Origin: Candidatus Omnitrophota bacterium
GTDB lineage: Bacteria; Omnitrophota; Gorgyraeia; B26-G9
DNA length: 64,000 bases
Assembly (NCBI GenBank): GCA_018817165.1
Contig: JAHITY010000114.1
Location: forward strand, 17,721-81,720
Reading direction: 5' to 3'
Under the pieces are notes generated by a model. It was not told the origin of the DNA, searched no databases, and saw nothing but the letters and a program-made list of their open reading frames with translations. Below, one piece after another: positions 8,890 through 19,106 of the stretch. The number at the start of each line of letters is the position of its first letter. Position 1 is the stretch's first letter. Both the position numbers and the translations under genes were made by a program.

Positions 8890-10517
8890 TGAATTTAAAA
8901 AAAATAAAATATATATCTTTAGGTTTATTTGCTTGTTTAGTTATTTTTCATATTGCAAACAATCTCTTTTTTTTAGCAAGAAATCCTTTGCCTGAGGGAA
9001 AGGATAGTTATGCTCATATAACCGCGTTTTCTAATTTTAAACAGATTATAGAAAACATTCAAAATAATCCTTTTTTTAGAAGTGAAAAAAGTTTGGTTTA
9101 CAATCTTGTATTTGTAGTTATTGATTACCCGCCATTGTTTTACATGAGTGCTTATTTGATAAATCTTCTATTAGGAAGCTTTCTGCTCAATGCTGTTTTA
9201 TTGACCAATACTTTTTATATGATTATTTTACTGCTCAGTGTTTATTTTATTGCCAATAGAATAAACCCAATAGCTGCTATTATTAGTGCTTTTGTATGTA
9301 GTATGTATCCTATTGTGTTTATAGCGTCTCGTCATTTCAGCCTTGAACTTGCTATTGCATCGATTGCGGCTTTAAGTGTTTTATTATTAATTAAAACAGA
9401 TTGTTTTTTAGATAGAAAAAACTCATTTTATTTAGGGGTTTGTTTAGGGTTAGGAATGCTTATAAAGCAGACATTTATAATTTATGTAGGCGGACCTTTA
9501 ATTTTCTATGTTTGGACAAGCTTAATTGCCGAACAACCAGTTTCGGCTAAGAATAAGAAAAAAGTTAATATAACTCTTTGTTTGCTGATAGGGGTTCTTA
9601 TTAGTTTAATATTTTACTATAATAAGGCAGTTTATTTTAATATTTTAAACAGAGCTGGGTTTATTGGTGCAGTAAATAGTGCTAATTTATTTTCTTTAGA
9701 GCATATTACGTATTATTTTCGTATATTGCCTCAGACTATTGGTTATTTTTTCTTATTGGTTCTGGTTGGTTGTTTATTTTATTTAAGAAATATAAAAGCT
9801 GAAATTAGAACAGTTTTAGGTTTATGGTTATTAGTTCCGCTTGTTTTTTTCACATTCGTGAAACTTAAATATGGTGAATATACAATTGCTTATTTACCGG
9901 CATTGAGTTTAATCAGCGGAATAGTAATATCACAGATAAGTAAAAAGACTATCCGTGTTTTAGTAATTGCTAGTATGATCTTGATAGGGGGCCTTAATTA
10001 TTATTTACTTTCTTTTAATATTGTTAGCAATTTTTATTCGACGTATTATTTACCTGTTCCTGATGTTGAATTAGCTTATTCAGAAACTACAATTAAAACA
10101 CCAGATAAACTTTTAGAAGATATTGCCTTTAGTAATTCAAAAATTGGAATTTTTTATGATACAGATCCTAATACTTTAATTTTTCCATCATATTTCATTA
10201 GGTCTGTGGGTATTAATCCTAAAAAAAACGCACAAATAGTTGAGTTTTATTTTTCTCCGGACATATTTTTTCATGTTTTGGATGACTTTGATATAATGTT
10301 TTTTATTACGCACTCCGAAGAATCATGGATAACAGAACAAAGCTTTAATCAGTTAATCTGTGAAATAAATGATAAACAAATGAATCTATTGCAAATTAAA
10401 CAGGCTGATATAATAAGGCTTATTAATTTTGTTGGTAAGTTTGCAAAACCCGATATGATAATTTTTGACAAGCCAAATAAGCAGGAAAAAATATATATTT
10501 ACAAAAGGAATAAATAA
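8889..10517 (+). CDS. GT-C (ArnT/PMT_2-like) multi-TM glycosyltransferase
   Basis: Many TM helices; D-S-Y-A-H after TM1, YPPLFY, LGLGMLIKQT; paralog of 20762. Confidence 0.8.
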   Translation: MNLKKIKYISLGLFACLVIFHIANNLFFLARNPLPEGKDSYAHITAFSNFKQIIENIQNNPFFRSEKSLVYNLVFVVIDYPPLFYMSAYLINLLLGSFLLNAVLLTNTFYMIILLLSVYFIANRINPIAAIISAFVCSMYPIVFIASRHFSLELAIASIAALSVLLLIKTDCFLDRKNSFYLGVCLGLGMLIKQTFIIYVGGPLIFYVWTSLIAEQPVSAKNKKKVNITLCLLIGVLISLIFYYNKAVYFNILNRAGFIGAVNSANLFSLEHITYYFRILPQTIGYFFLLVLVGCLFYLRNIKAEIRTVLGLWLLVPLVFFTFVKLKYGEYTIAYLPALSLISGIVISQISKKTIRVLVIASMILIGGLNYYLLSFNIVSNFYSTYYLPVPDVELAYSETTIKTPDKLLEDIAFSNSKIGIFYDTDPNTLIFPSYFIRSVGINPKKNAQIVEFYFSPDIFFHVLDDFDIMFFITHSEESWITEQSFNQLICEINDKQMNLLQIKQADIIRLINFVGKFAKPDMIIFDKPNKQEKIYIYKRNK

Positions 10518-11579
10518 ATGCTGCGCAGTATGTGTTCACAATTAAATAATTTAATTTCTTTTCGTAAACTTTTTTCCTTTAGACAAGTTATGTCTGGGGT
10601 GAGATATTTTCCGGCTACAGTAAATTTTTTGATAACTAATAAGTGTAATCTAAATTGTAGTATTTGCTCTGCTCATGGAATGCTTGATAATAGCCAGCAG
10701 CTCTCGGCTAAGGAGATTGTGGGATTTATTAAAAAAATTTCCAGATATAAACCAGCTATTTTTTTTGGGGGAGGAGAGCCTTTTATTCGGAAAGATATTT
10801 TTGAAATTCTTGCTGCAACTAAAAAAAATGGTTTAAAGTACGGCATTGTTACAAATGGAACAATGCTTGATGAGCATAATATAAAAAGATTATTTGATTT
10901 TGCGCCTGAAATAATAATTTTCTCAGTACATGGCGATGAGATAAGTCATGATGCTAAAACAGGGAAAAAGGGGGCATTTGTAGCTTTATATAAAGCAATT
11001 AAACTTGCAGTTAAACATAAAAAGAAAACAGATATACTGCTTAATGCAGTTATAACTCAAGATAATTATTTAGATCTGGAAAAAATAGTAGTGCTGGGAA
11101 AAGAATTGGGTGTAAATAGGGTAAGGTTTGAGAATCTTATTTTTCTTTCTGAGCTGGAATATGCGCAACATTTAGCAGGGTGTGTAGGTGTTTTAAAAGA
11201 AAAACAAGCTGAAATGACTACTTATATTAAAGATATCAATTGTCCAAAAATTGGTCCTGATATGCAAAAAGAGGTTTTACGTTTAAAACAAAAGTATGGT
11301 AGTTTTGTGATATTTAAGCCTTATATGACTGATCATGAACGATCAAGATGGTTTGAACAGGGGTTTAAGTTTAATCGAAAGTGTATGTTTGTTAGGCATT
11401 CAGTATTTATAAGACCAAATGGAGATATTATTCCTTGTCAGTTTTTTTCTAATTATAAATTAGGCAATATTAAAACAGATGATCTTTCTCGTGTTTGGCA
11501 GGAGGAGAAGCGCAAAAAATTCACTAAAATCTTAAACAAGGAAATTTTACCTGGATGCATGAGGTGTTGTAAATTATGA
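10518..11579 (+). CDS. Radical SAM / SPASM-Twitch protein
   Basis: CNLNCSIC, GGGEPF, VTNG, C...IRPNGDIIPC...LGNI...CMRCC. Confidence 0.9.
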   Translation: MLRSMCSQLNNLISFRKLFSFRQVMSGVRYFPATVNFLITNKCNLNCSICSAHGMLDNSQQLSAKEIVGFIKKISRYKPAIFFGGGEPFIRKDIFEILAATKKNGLKYGIVTNGTMLDEHNIKRLFDFAPEIIIFSVHGDEISHDAKTGKKGAFVALYKAIKLAVKHKKKTDILLNAVITQDNYLDLEKIVVLGKELGVNRVRFENLIFLSELEYAQHLAGCVGVLKEKQAEMTTYIKDINCPKIGPDMQKEVLRLKQKYGSFVIFKPYMTDHERSRWFEQGFKFNRKCMFVRHSVFIRPNGDIIPCQFFSNYKLGNIKTDDLSRVWQEEKRKKFTKILNKEILPGCMRCCKL

Positions 11580-12133
11580 GAATTATTTTAGACAAATGTT
11601 ATGATATTATAAAGAAGTTTGCATTAAAAAATATTAAACTAAAAGATGATTCATACGTTTTAGATATAGGATGCGGTTTAAAGGGTAATTTCTGGGGATT
11701 TAAGCCAAAAGCTTATTTTGGTTTGGATAATAATCCTAAAATCACAGAAAAAAACACTAAAAATAATAATGGAAATTATAAATTATATGATGTTTGTCAA
11801 GGTTTGCCGTTTGCCAATAAGTCATTTGATTATGTTATTTCTGTAAGTTTTTTTCATCATCTTAGCGATGAGCAGGCAAAGCAGCTTATTATTCAGATCA
11901 AAAGGACATTAAAAGCAAATGGCAGAGCGATTATGGTTGATGGAGTTTTTCCACAATCAAAATCGAATATTATTGGATACTTATTAAGATTTTTTGATAG
12001 GGGCAGGTATGTGCGTAAGGCTAGTGACTTTGAGGCATTGTTTGTAGATGAATTTAATATTGAAGAAAAATATGGTTTTACTGAGAAAATTTTTGCTTAT
12101 ACTGCTTTACTGCTGAGGCCTAAAAATGATTAA
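11576..12133 (+). CDS. Class I SAM-dependent methyltransferase
   Basis: VLDIGCG motif I, LPFANKSFDYV, FFHHL, LKANG. Confidence 0.88.
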   Translation: MRIILDKCYDIIKKFALKNIKLKDDSYVLDIGCGLKGNFWGFKPKAYFGLDNNPKITEKNTKNNNGNYKLYDVCQGLPFANKSFDYVISVSFFHHLSDEQAKQLIIQIKRTLKANGRAIMVDGVFPQSKSNIIGYLLRFFDRGRYVRKASDFEALFVDEFNIEEKYGFTEKIFAYTALLLRPKND

Positions 12134-13532
12134 ATATAATTCAAAATATCTTAACCAGAATCAAATAATCAAATTTATTTTTTATGCTATATTATTTTTA
12201 GGCACTTTTATTCGCTTATTTGTTCTTCTTAATTCAGACAATTTTCATGGTATTGCTGCGGGAAAAGTTGTTTGTGCTCAGAGTTTAATTAAACATCCTA
12301 ATTATCTTGAATCCTGGATTATTCCGGCGCATGGCCCCATACATCTTTATCTTATTGCTTTTGTTTGTAAACTGTTTAATGACCCTATTTTTGCTCCGCG
12401 ATTAATTAGTTTGTTTGCCGGAGTGGGTTTTATTGTGGTTTACTATAATTTTATTAAAAATGCTTTTGATCAGAAAATTGCATTGCTCAGCAGCTTTATG
12501 ATTGCATTTTTTCCTTTGCATATTGTTCATAGTGTACTCTCAACAGCTGAGGCTAGTTTTTTATTCTTGCTCTGCTGTGGACTTTTTTTTATGGAACAGT
12601 ATTTAACTAATCAAAAAGATAGATATCTAATTTATTCCGCTATATTCATTAGTATGGCTAGTATGTGTAGGTTTGAAGGAGGGCTTTTTATATTATTTGT
12701 AAGTTTATTCCTGATTAAACAGTATAAAAAAATATTTATGTTTATTGGTATTGCCTCAATATTACCTTTATTGTGGATGTTTTTTAATTATCAATATTCC
12801 GGAAGTTTTTTGCTCTTTCTTTCGGCGAGTGATTCGATTGTGCACACTGAATTTGAATACCTTCGCAGTTTAGGAGAGAATATTACATTTTTTAGAAAAT
12901 TATTTTATTGGCCAAGTCAATTATTAGCTTATTTCGGATGGCCCATATTTTTAATCGGTTTGTTTGGTTTGATGAAAATTGGATATAAAAAGAATAAAAG
13001 AATATTGTTTCTATTTTTAATGATAATTATTTTTTTTATGTTTAAAACACTGAAGGAGGAATTAGCCATGCAGCCGCGTTACGGGCTTAGTTTAGCGATT
13101 CTTTTTATTCCTTTTTTTTCTTTGGCTTTTGTGGAGATATTAAGAAAAGTAAATTCCAAAAGAAGAGCAGTGGTTTTATTAATTTTGATAATTTATGTTT
13201 TGCTAAGAGGAACTTATTTGACCGCTGTATGTATTCCGAAGACTCCGGATTGGCTGGTTTATACCGGGGCGTTCTTGCATGATAATCTTGAAGGTGATAA
13301 TGCTGTTTATATTGATTCCGAAGAGGATAATTATAAAGATCCTTTAAAATTAGAAATAAATACAGATATTGATAGGTTTATTGGTAAAAACCATTTTTTT
13401 CGGCATCTGGAATTGATGGACCCTTTGGGGCGAAAACGTTTGAAATATGTAGTTTTAATATCTAAAAGAAAAATGCAAAATCTAAAACAAGTGTTTAAGG
13501 CAGGGGACTGTAAAGTATATGAAGTTGAATAA
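12126..13532 (+). CDS. GT-C (PMT_2/ArnT-like) multi-TM glycosyltransferase
   Basis: Multi-TM; DNFHG, HGPIH, APRLISL, ASMCRFEG, QPRYG; paralog of 13519. Confidence 0.8.
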   Translation: MIKYNSKYLNQNQIIKFIFYAILFLGTFIRLFVLLNSDNFHGIAAGKVVCAQSLIKHPNYLESWIIPAHGPIHLYLIAFVCKLFNDPIFAPRLISLFAGVGFIVVYYNFIKNAFDQKIALLSSFMIAFFPLHIVHSVLSTAEASFLFLLCCGLFFMEQYLTNQKDRYLIYSAIFISMASMCRFEGGLFILFVSLFLIKQYKKIFMFIGIASILPLLWMFFNYQYSGSFLLFLSASDSIVHTEFEYLRSLGENITFFRKLFYWPSQLLAYFGWPIFLIGLFGLMKIGYKKNKRILFLFLMIIIFFMFKTLKEELAMQPRYGLSLAILFIPFFSLAFVEILRKVNSKRRAVVLLILIIYVLLRGTYLTAVCIPKTPDWLVYTGAFLHDNLEGDNAVYIDSEEDNYKDPLKLEINTDIDRFIGKNHFFRHLELMDPLGRKRLKYVVLISKRKMQNLKQVFKAGDCKVYEVE

Positions 13533-15036
13533 TAATTCAGATCAGACATTAAATTCAATATTATCTAAGCATAAGGAATATTTATTAGTCGGATTAATTT
13601 TATTATTGGCTTTTATTATTCGTATGGGGATTTTGCTTCATACTGTTGATTTCCATGGGATATCAAATGGGAGGATACTGGAAGCGCAAATGATTTTAAA
13701 TGACCCTTTAAATCTTAAATTATGGGTGCCAGTACATCCGCCGGGTCATATCCTGTTTGTCATAATCGGGATAAAACTATTTGGGTCTTTTTTTGCCATT
13801 TCTAGAATTATCAGTCTTGGCTTTGGAATGATGACAATATTAATTTCTTATTTATATTTAAAACAAGTGTTTAATAAGCAAATCGCACTTTTTTCTATTT
13901 TAGCTATTAGCTTATATTCAGCGCATATTGTATATAGTATTATCGGGACATCAGAGACAATGTTCCATTTCTTTTTATTCCTTAGTCTTTATCTTTATGA
14001 ACAGTTCAAACGGAAAAGTAATTTATCTTTATTGTATCTGTTTGGTCTGAGTGTTGGGTTTGCCAGTATGTGTCGTTACGAGGGATTGCTGCTTATTCCA
14101 TTTTATCTTTTTTTTCTGAGAAAGAGCAAGATAAATATAATGGGCTTTATATCTTTTGCTTTATTATTTCCGTTGGCCTGGATGTTAGTAAATTATTTAG
14201 CTTTTGGTAGTCCTATCGAATTCTTAGCAAGTAATAACTTTATAGTGCCTCAGCAGATTAATTGGATCAGAGACAATGGATTTAATATAGATTTTATTTA
14301 TAAGTTTTTATTTTGGCCAAAGGCGATGATTTCCACATTAGGAATAGCTGTTTTTGTTTTTGGTTGGCTAGGACTTATTTATGCTCAATTAAATCGCCAG
14401 GCCAATGTCTTGGGAGGTTTGTTTATAGTATTATTTGCAATTTTCGTGATTAATACTTTGAGAGAAATGCTTTATTTGCAACCGCGTTATGGGATAACCT
14501 TAGGGCTTATGCTGATACCGTTTAGTGTATATTGTTTTATGAAAGTAATTGAGAAAATCGATTCGAGAATTCCCCGATGGACTGTATTAATTCTATTGTG
14601 GACAATGATTATCCCTATTGGAAGTCAAGTTTTAGGAAGTTCATTGTTTGCTCCGGAATTCGCTAAAAATACAGCTTTTTATTTGAAAGAAAATCGAAAT
14701 TTGGGATCAAATATTATGATCGACCATTGTGGAGATGAAAAGTTTAGAGAACCGATAAAGGTTTTAAGTAGAATTGATCCGATCTATTTTAGCTTAATGC
14801 CTGTAATGATAGATGAGAATAATGATTATGTAATTGATCAAGAAAAGTTTTTTAAAATGATTGAAAACAATAATATAGAAACATTAGTGTATTCACCTTA
14901 TGGTGATTTAGCTGGTATTTTAAAACTAAATATTGAAAATATTCCACAGCAAAGACGGAATTTTTTATTTACACTTAAACATAAAAATGCACCGTATTAT
15001 ATTTATGATATTAAGAAAGTTAAAAATGATAAATAA
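13519..15036 (+). CDS. GT-C (PMT_2/ArnT-like) multi-TM glycosyltransferase
   Basis: Multi-TM; DFHG, HPPGH, SRIISL, ASMCRYEG, QPRYG. Confidence 0.8.
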   Translation: MKLNNNSDQTLNSILSKHKEYLLVGLILLLAFIIRMGILLHTVDFHGISNGRILEAQMILNDPLNLKLWVPVHPPGHILFVIIGIKLFGSFFAISRIISLGFGMMTILISYLYLKQVFNKQIALFSILAISLYSAHIVYSIIGTSETMFHFFLFLSLYLYEQFKRKSNLSLLYLFGLSVGFASMCRYEGLLLIPFYLFFLRKSKINIMGFISFALLFPLAWMLVNYLAFGSPIEFLASNNFIVPQQINWIRDNGFNIDFIYKFLFWPKAMISTLGIAVFVFGWLGLIYAQLNRQANVLGGLFIVLFAIFVINTLREMLYLQPRYGITLGLMLIPFSVYCFMKVIEKIDSRIPRWTVLILLWTMIIPIGSQVLGSSLFAPEFAKNTAFYLKENRNLGSNIMIDHCGDEKFREPIKVLSRIDPIYFSLMPVMIDENNDYVIDQEKFFKMIENNNIETLVYSPYGDLAGILKLNIENIPQQRRNFLFTLKHKNAPYYIYDIKKVKNDK

Positions 15037-16276
15037 AATCTGCAGGGGAACGATTAATTTTACAAGCCCAATGATGATAAATTTCCTGGGGAATTTGGCT
15101 ATAAGCCGTAAGGCAGGTAATGGTCTAATTTTGGATTTTCAAAATCAGTTTGCCGACTATATTAATATTGATCATGCTATTGCTGTTTCTTGTGCAAAGA
15201 CAGCATTGAGTTTGGCATTGCAGGCTTTAGGAGCTAAAGCTGATGATCAGATTATTGTGCCTAGTTATACAGTGACAGAGGTAATTGATGTTATTATAGC
15301 TCAAGGGCTTAAGCCTGTTTTTATTGATATAAGTTTGTGCGATGGTAATATGATTCCTGAATTAATTGAACAAGAAATTACTAAAAGCACAAAATTTATT
15401 TTAATGACACATATGCATGGCAATCCATGTGATATAGATTCTATAATTATGCTGGCTGATAAGCATGGTATTGCGGTGATTGAAGATGCTGCTCAGGCAT
15501 GCGGGGCAGAGTATAAAGATAAAAAAATAGGCTGCTTTGGTAAGATTGCTTATTTTAGCTTTAATATGTTTAAAAATATTAATACATTAGGCGGATCAAT
15601 GCTGGTTACTAATGATTTAAAACTTGCTGATGAAATAAAAAAAATAAGCAGTCACTTTAAGCCAATTTCTAAAATAGAACTGATGAAAAGATTTTTTAAG
15701 GCAATGATCCTTGCTTCTGTTACAAAACCGCCTATATTTCCTTTATTGGTTTATCCTGTTTTAAAATTAATGGGAGTACAGAAGCATAAAAGTATAGATA
15801 AAAAGCTCAAAGTTAAATTATTGAGCAGAAGTAAATTAAAAAAAATTGATAGATTGTTTTCACCAGCACAAGCAGGATTAGGTTTATTACAGCTTAAAAA
15901 ATTGGATAAATTAAATCAGGATAAAATTAATAATGCATTGGTTTTAAATGAAAAGTTATCAACAGTCAAAGATATTGTAATCTGTAAATCTCAAACAGGG
16001 ATTAAGTGTATTTATTTAAACTATGTAATTATGGTTAAAAACCGCCAAGGTCTGATTGATTTCTTATTTGATAAGGGAATAGATATAAGCCCCGGATTTG
16101 TGCAGGCATGCGCTTATATTAGAGAATTTGAACCATTTGCCGCTGATTGTCCGAATAGTTTGGCTCTTGAGCAGGGTAATCTATATTTGCCTATATATCA
16201 TCCACTAAACAGTAAACATATGATTAAAATCGCAGCATTAATCGGGAAATATTATGAGCCGAAAACTAGAACTTAA
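15026..16276 (+). CDS. DegT/DnrJ/EryC1/StrS PLP-dependent sugar aminotransferase
   Basis: IIVPSYT, THMHGNPCD, IEDAAQACG, FSFNMFKN (PLP lysine), LYLPIYH. ATG at 15026 is preferred over the TTG at 14933. Confidence 0.9.
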   Translation: MINKICRGTINFTSPMMINFLGNLAISRKAGNGLILDFQNQFADYINIDHAIAVSCAKTALSLALQALGAKADDQIIVPSYTVTEVIDVIIAQGLKPVFIDISLCDGNMIPELIEQEITKSTKFILMTHMHGNPCDIDSIIMLADKHGIAVIEDAAQACGAEYKDKKIGCFGKIAYFSFNMFKNINTLGGSMLVTNDLKLADEIKKISSHFKPISKIELMKRFFKAMILASVTKPPIFPLLVYPVLKLMGVQKHKSIDKKLKVKLLSRSKLKKIDRLFSPAQAGLGLLQLKKLDKLNQDKINNALVLNEKLSTVKDIVICKSQTGIKCIYLNYVIMVKNRQGLIDFLFDKGIDISPGFVQACAYIREFEPFAADCPNSLALEQGNLYLPIYHPLNSKHMIKIAALIGKYYEPKTRT

Positions 16277-17678
16277 TCCTATTTACAGTATTTTATTAAA
16301 GAATCATTTAATTGTCGCAATATGTTTATTTATTGATGCTTTTTTAATAAGGTTTGCCTTTTTAATAAGTTCAGATAATATCTTTGGGCAGGCACCGATG
16401 CTGAATATTATGACTTCTTTGCATGTTTTAACTGATCAGGCTTTGCTTAATAATGTATATTATCAGCAGTTGCCATTTTTCTTGTATAGTATCGCTGGGG
16501 CAGTGAAATTAGGCTCTGAACAGATTCTAAGCCCCAGATTTTTAGTTGCCCTTATTTCTAGTCTTTCATTGATTCCTTATTATTATTTAGTAAAAAAAGT
16601 ATTTAATAGTAAAATTGCATTGTTTTCCGGATTGCTTTTATATAGTTATTATATGCATATTATTGTAAGCATTATTAGTATGCCTGATGCCATATGTATT
16701 GGTTTTTTATTTTTTTGTTTATGGATGTTATTTATTGATAAATATCTTATATCGGCAATATTCTGTCTGATTGCCTGCGGTTATAGTTATCTAGGATGGA
16801 TACTAGTTCCAGTTTTATTTTCATCTATTTTTTTAAAGAAACATAAAACTCTAAAACAAAATCTTTTTAATGGGATTTTATTTTTGAGCATAGCTTGTTT
16901 ATTGCCATTGATATGGACTCAGGTAATTGAGAACAATTATGGGCAAGCCTGGTTATGGTATAAGAATTTTCATAATCCTGATAGTGTGTATACTTTTTTA
17001 TTTCTAGCAGGAAGAAGTATGCAGGGAATATTAAGCGATTTATTTTTAAAGCCAGGATCAATAATATTTTGTCTTAGCTTTATTGGAGTGATTTTTGCTC
17101 CAAATAAAAAAGAGCGATATCCCTATATTTTTTGCATAACTGCAACAATATTAATCCTCAGTGTGCATGTTTTTCGCAAAGAGATATTGATTGTAGACCA
17201 GGGAATCTTATTTATTTGGGCATTGCTTATTCCTTATTTAATTTTTGGTTTATTCTTTGTTTTAAGAAAGTTAAGATTAAACCATAAAGTATACGGATTG
17301 ATTATAGTAAGTATTATATGTAGTGTTTCATTAGTAACTGGATTTTTTCAAAGACCAAAGATTCCTCAATCAGTCACGGAAGTAAGCTGGTGGCTTCAGG
17401 AAAATGCAGATGCTAATTCTTTGATTTATCTCCAAAAACAAGATAAAGGTTATCATAGCGCGATTGTTATGCAAAGCAAATTGCCGCAGAAAAATTTTAG
17501 TTTTTTGGAAGATAATAATTTGCAGAATATTGCGCATATGGATAAAAAACAGTATCTTATACTCCCGGTATCAGAGGTGGAATATATGGATTTAGAGCAA
17601 TGGGAGAGTAAAGATAAGCTTAAAGAATATTTAATATTTATGAAAAATAAAGAAGGCAGCAGGACACAAAGACACTAG
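16254..17678 (+). CDS. GT-C (PMT_2-like) multi-TM glycosyltransferase, divergent
   Basis: Multi-TM; SDNIFG, PRFL...YYLVKKVFNSKIALFS resembles 12126 and 13519. Confidence 0.7.
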   Translation: MSRKLELNPIYSILLKNHLIVAICLFIDAFLIRFAFLISSDNIFGQAPMLNIMTSLHVLTDQALLNNVYYQQLPFFLYSIAGAVKLGSEQILSPRFLVALISSLSLIPYYYLVKKVFNSKIALFSGLLLYSYYMHIIVSIISMPDAICIGFLFFCLWMLFIDKYLISAIFCLIACGYSYLGWILVPVLFSSIFLKKHKTLKQNLFNGILFLSIACLLPLIWTQVIENNYGQAWLWYKNFHNPDSVYTFLFLAGRSMQGILSDLFLKPGSIIFCLSFIGVIFAPNKKERYPYIFCITATILILSVHVFRKEILIVDQGILFIWALLIPYLIFGLFFVLRKLRLNHKVYGLIIVSIICSVSLVTGFFQRPKIPQSVTEVSWWLQENADANSLIYLQKQDKGYHSAIVMQSKLPQKNFSFLEDNNLQNIAHMDKKQYLILPVSEVEYMDLEQWESKDKLKEYLIFMKNKEGSRTQRH

Positions 17679-17738
17679 GGCTCAAGGATGAAAAGACGAA
17701 AAAGTAGCGGACACAAGGTTGCAAGCTAAAAGCGATAA

Positions 17739-17885
17739 ACTATAAAGGGCAGGAATAATTATTTAGGCGGGTTTGAAGCCTGATTTTGGTAGGACTGGCA
17801 AAATCAGAGATTCATCCTCGGAGTCCCGCACGATGCGGGACGAGAATGAGCCAAAATGATTGATTCCTGACAGCCTTCGATAAAG
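17739..17885 (+). ncRNA. 147-nt multi-stem repeated element, copy 2
   Basis: 143/147 identical to 4035-4181; ends GCCTTCGATAAAG. Confidence 0.55.
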
Positions 17886-17974
17886 TGGTTATCAAAACTA
17901 AAACAGTTTGTAAAATTAATAAAGTTGAAAGTTTATAAAGTTTACAGGAATTAGGAATTAGAAAAAGGTAGAAA

Positions 17975-18009
17975 CTAAACGCTAATCGCTATACGCTAAA
18001 AGCTGAACT
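17975..18009. repeat. Heptamer tandem repeat (ctaWWcg-like)
   Basis: ctaaacg-ctaatcg-ctatacg-ctaaaag-ctgaact. 17980-17998 is the exact reverse complement of 20585-20603. Confidence 0.7.
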
Positions 18010-18014
18010 ATAAT

Positions 18015-19106
18015 ATGAAAATAATATTTATTACTCGAGAAAGTAAAGAAATGCCAGCAGTGAGAGTTCGCTGTTACGGGTTTGCCCGGTATCTAAATAA
18101 AGCAGGGATTGAAACAGAGATATTTTCTTTTGCGGATAATTTAGGGGCAAAAAGCGGTAAAGAAGAAGGGCAAATGTCTAGACTAGATAAACTTTTATAT
18201 AACTTAAAGGCGTTTAAATATCTTAAATCAAAAGATACTGTTTTAGTTTTACAGCGTTGTAATTATCACTCGCTTGCGCCGTTATTACTAAACTTGCTAT
18301 TTAAAAGAAAGCTTATTTTGGATTTAGATGATTGGGAAGCAAGGGAAAATATAGAATATCATTTTAATAAAATTCCTAAATCCATAGCATATGTGGCAAT
18401 GAGTTTTATTGCCAGGAGGAGTTGTTTGTGTATTGGCGCAAGCAAATTTTTAGTAAATTTTTTATCCCGGTATAATAAGAATTCAATTTATCTGCCCACA
18501 GGAGTGGATACAGAGATATTTAAGCCCAAAAAGCTGATGATTGAAAAAACTGACCTTGTTTTGTCCTGGATTGGGACTATCCATCGCCGGGATAATGTGG
18601 AAAATCTATGTTTTTTAATTGATTGTTTTATGATTCTAAGCCAGAAAAACTCGGGGATTAAATTGGAAATTATCGGTGCGGGGATTTATGATCAGGAAGT
18701 AAAACAATACATTGCCCAAGTAAACAGCAATTTGATTAAAATCAATGGGTGGATAGCGCCAGAACAAATTCCTGGATATCTTGATAATATAGATATTGGG
18801 GTTATGCCTTTGACTCAAAATACTAAATTCAACCTAGCGAAAAGTCCTACGCGGATGTTTGAGTATATGTCCATGGAAAAACCTTTTATTGCCAGTTGTT
18901 TGGGAGAGGCGCAAAGGGTTATTATCGATGGCCAAAATGGAATGTTGGCAATAACCCAGGATGATTTTGTTGAAAAATTGCAAATTCTGATCAAAGATAA
19001 GAAACTTAGACAGACTATGGGTAAAAAAGCGAGAAAAACAGTATTGGAAAAATACTCTTTGGAAAAAATCTCAAATGATTTGTTAACCTCAGTTAGGGGA
19101 ATATGA
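18015..19106 (+). CDS. Glycosyltransferase family 4 (GT-B)
   Basis: DLDDWE, PTGVDTEIF, KSPTRMFEYMSMEKPFIAS, NGMLA. Confidence 0.9.
   Translation: MKIIFITRESKEMPAVRVRCYGFARYLNKAGIETEIFSFADNLGAKSGKEEGQMSRLDKLLYNLKAFKYLKSKDTVLVLQRCNYHSLAPLLLNLLFKRKLILDLDDWEARENIEYHFNKIPKSIAYVAMSFIARRSCLCIGASKFLVNFLSRYNKNSIYLPTGVDTEIFKPKKLMIEKTDLVLSWIGTIHRRDNVENLCFLIDCFMILSQKNSGIKLEIIGAGIYDQEVKQYIAQVNSNLIKINGWIAPEQIPGYLDNIDIGVMPLTQNTKFNLAKSPTRMFEYMSMEKPFIASCLGEAQRVIIDGQNGMLAITQDDFVEKLQILIKDKKLRQTMGKKARKTVLEKYSLEKISNDLLTSVRGI

Noticed and set aside
4035-17885. The 147-nt repeat as a CRISPR array, tRNA or known riboswitch (e.g. cobalamin)
   Set aside because: No repeat-spacer periodicity, no tRNA T-loop or CCA cloverleaf, and no recognisable B12-box. 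An Rfam scan is still needed.
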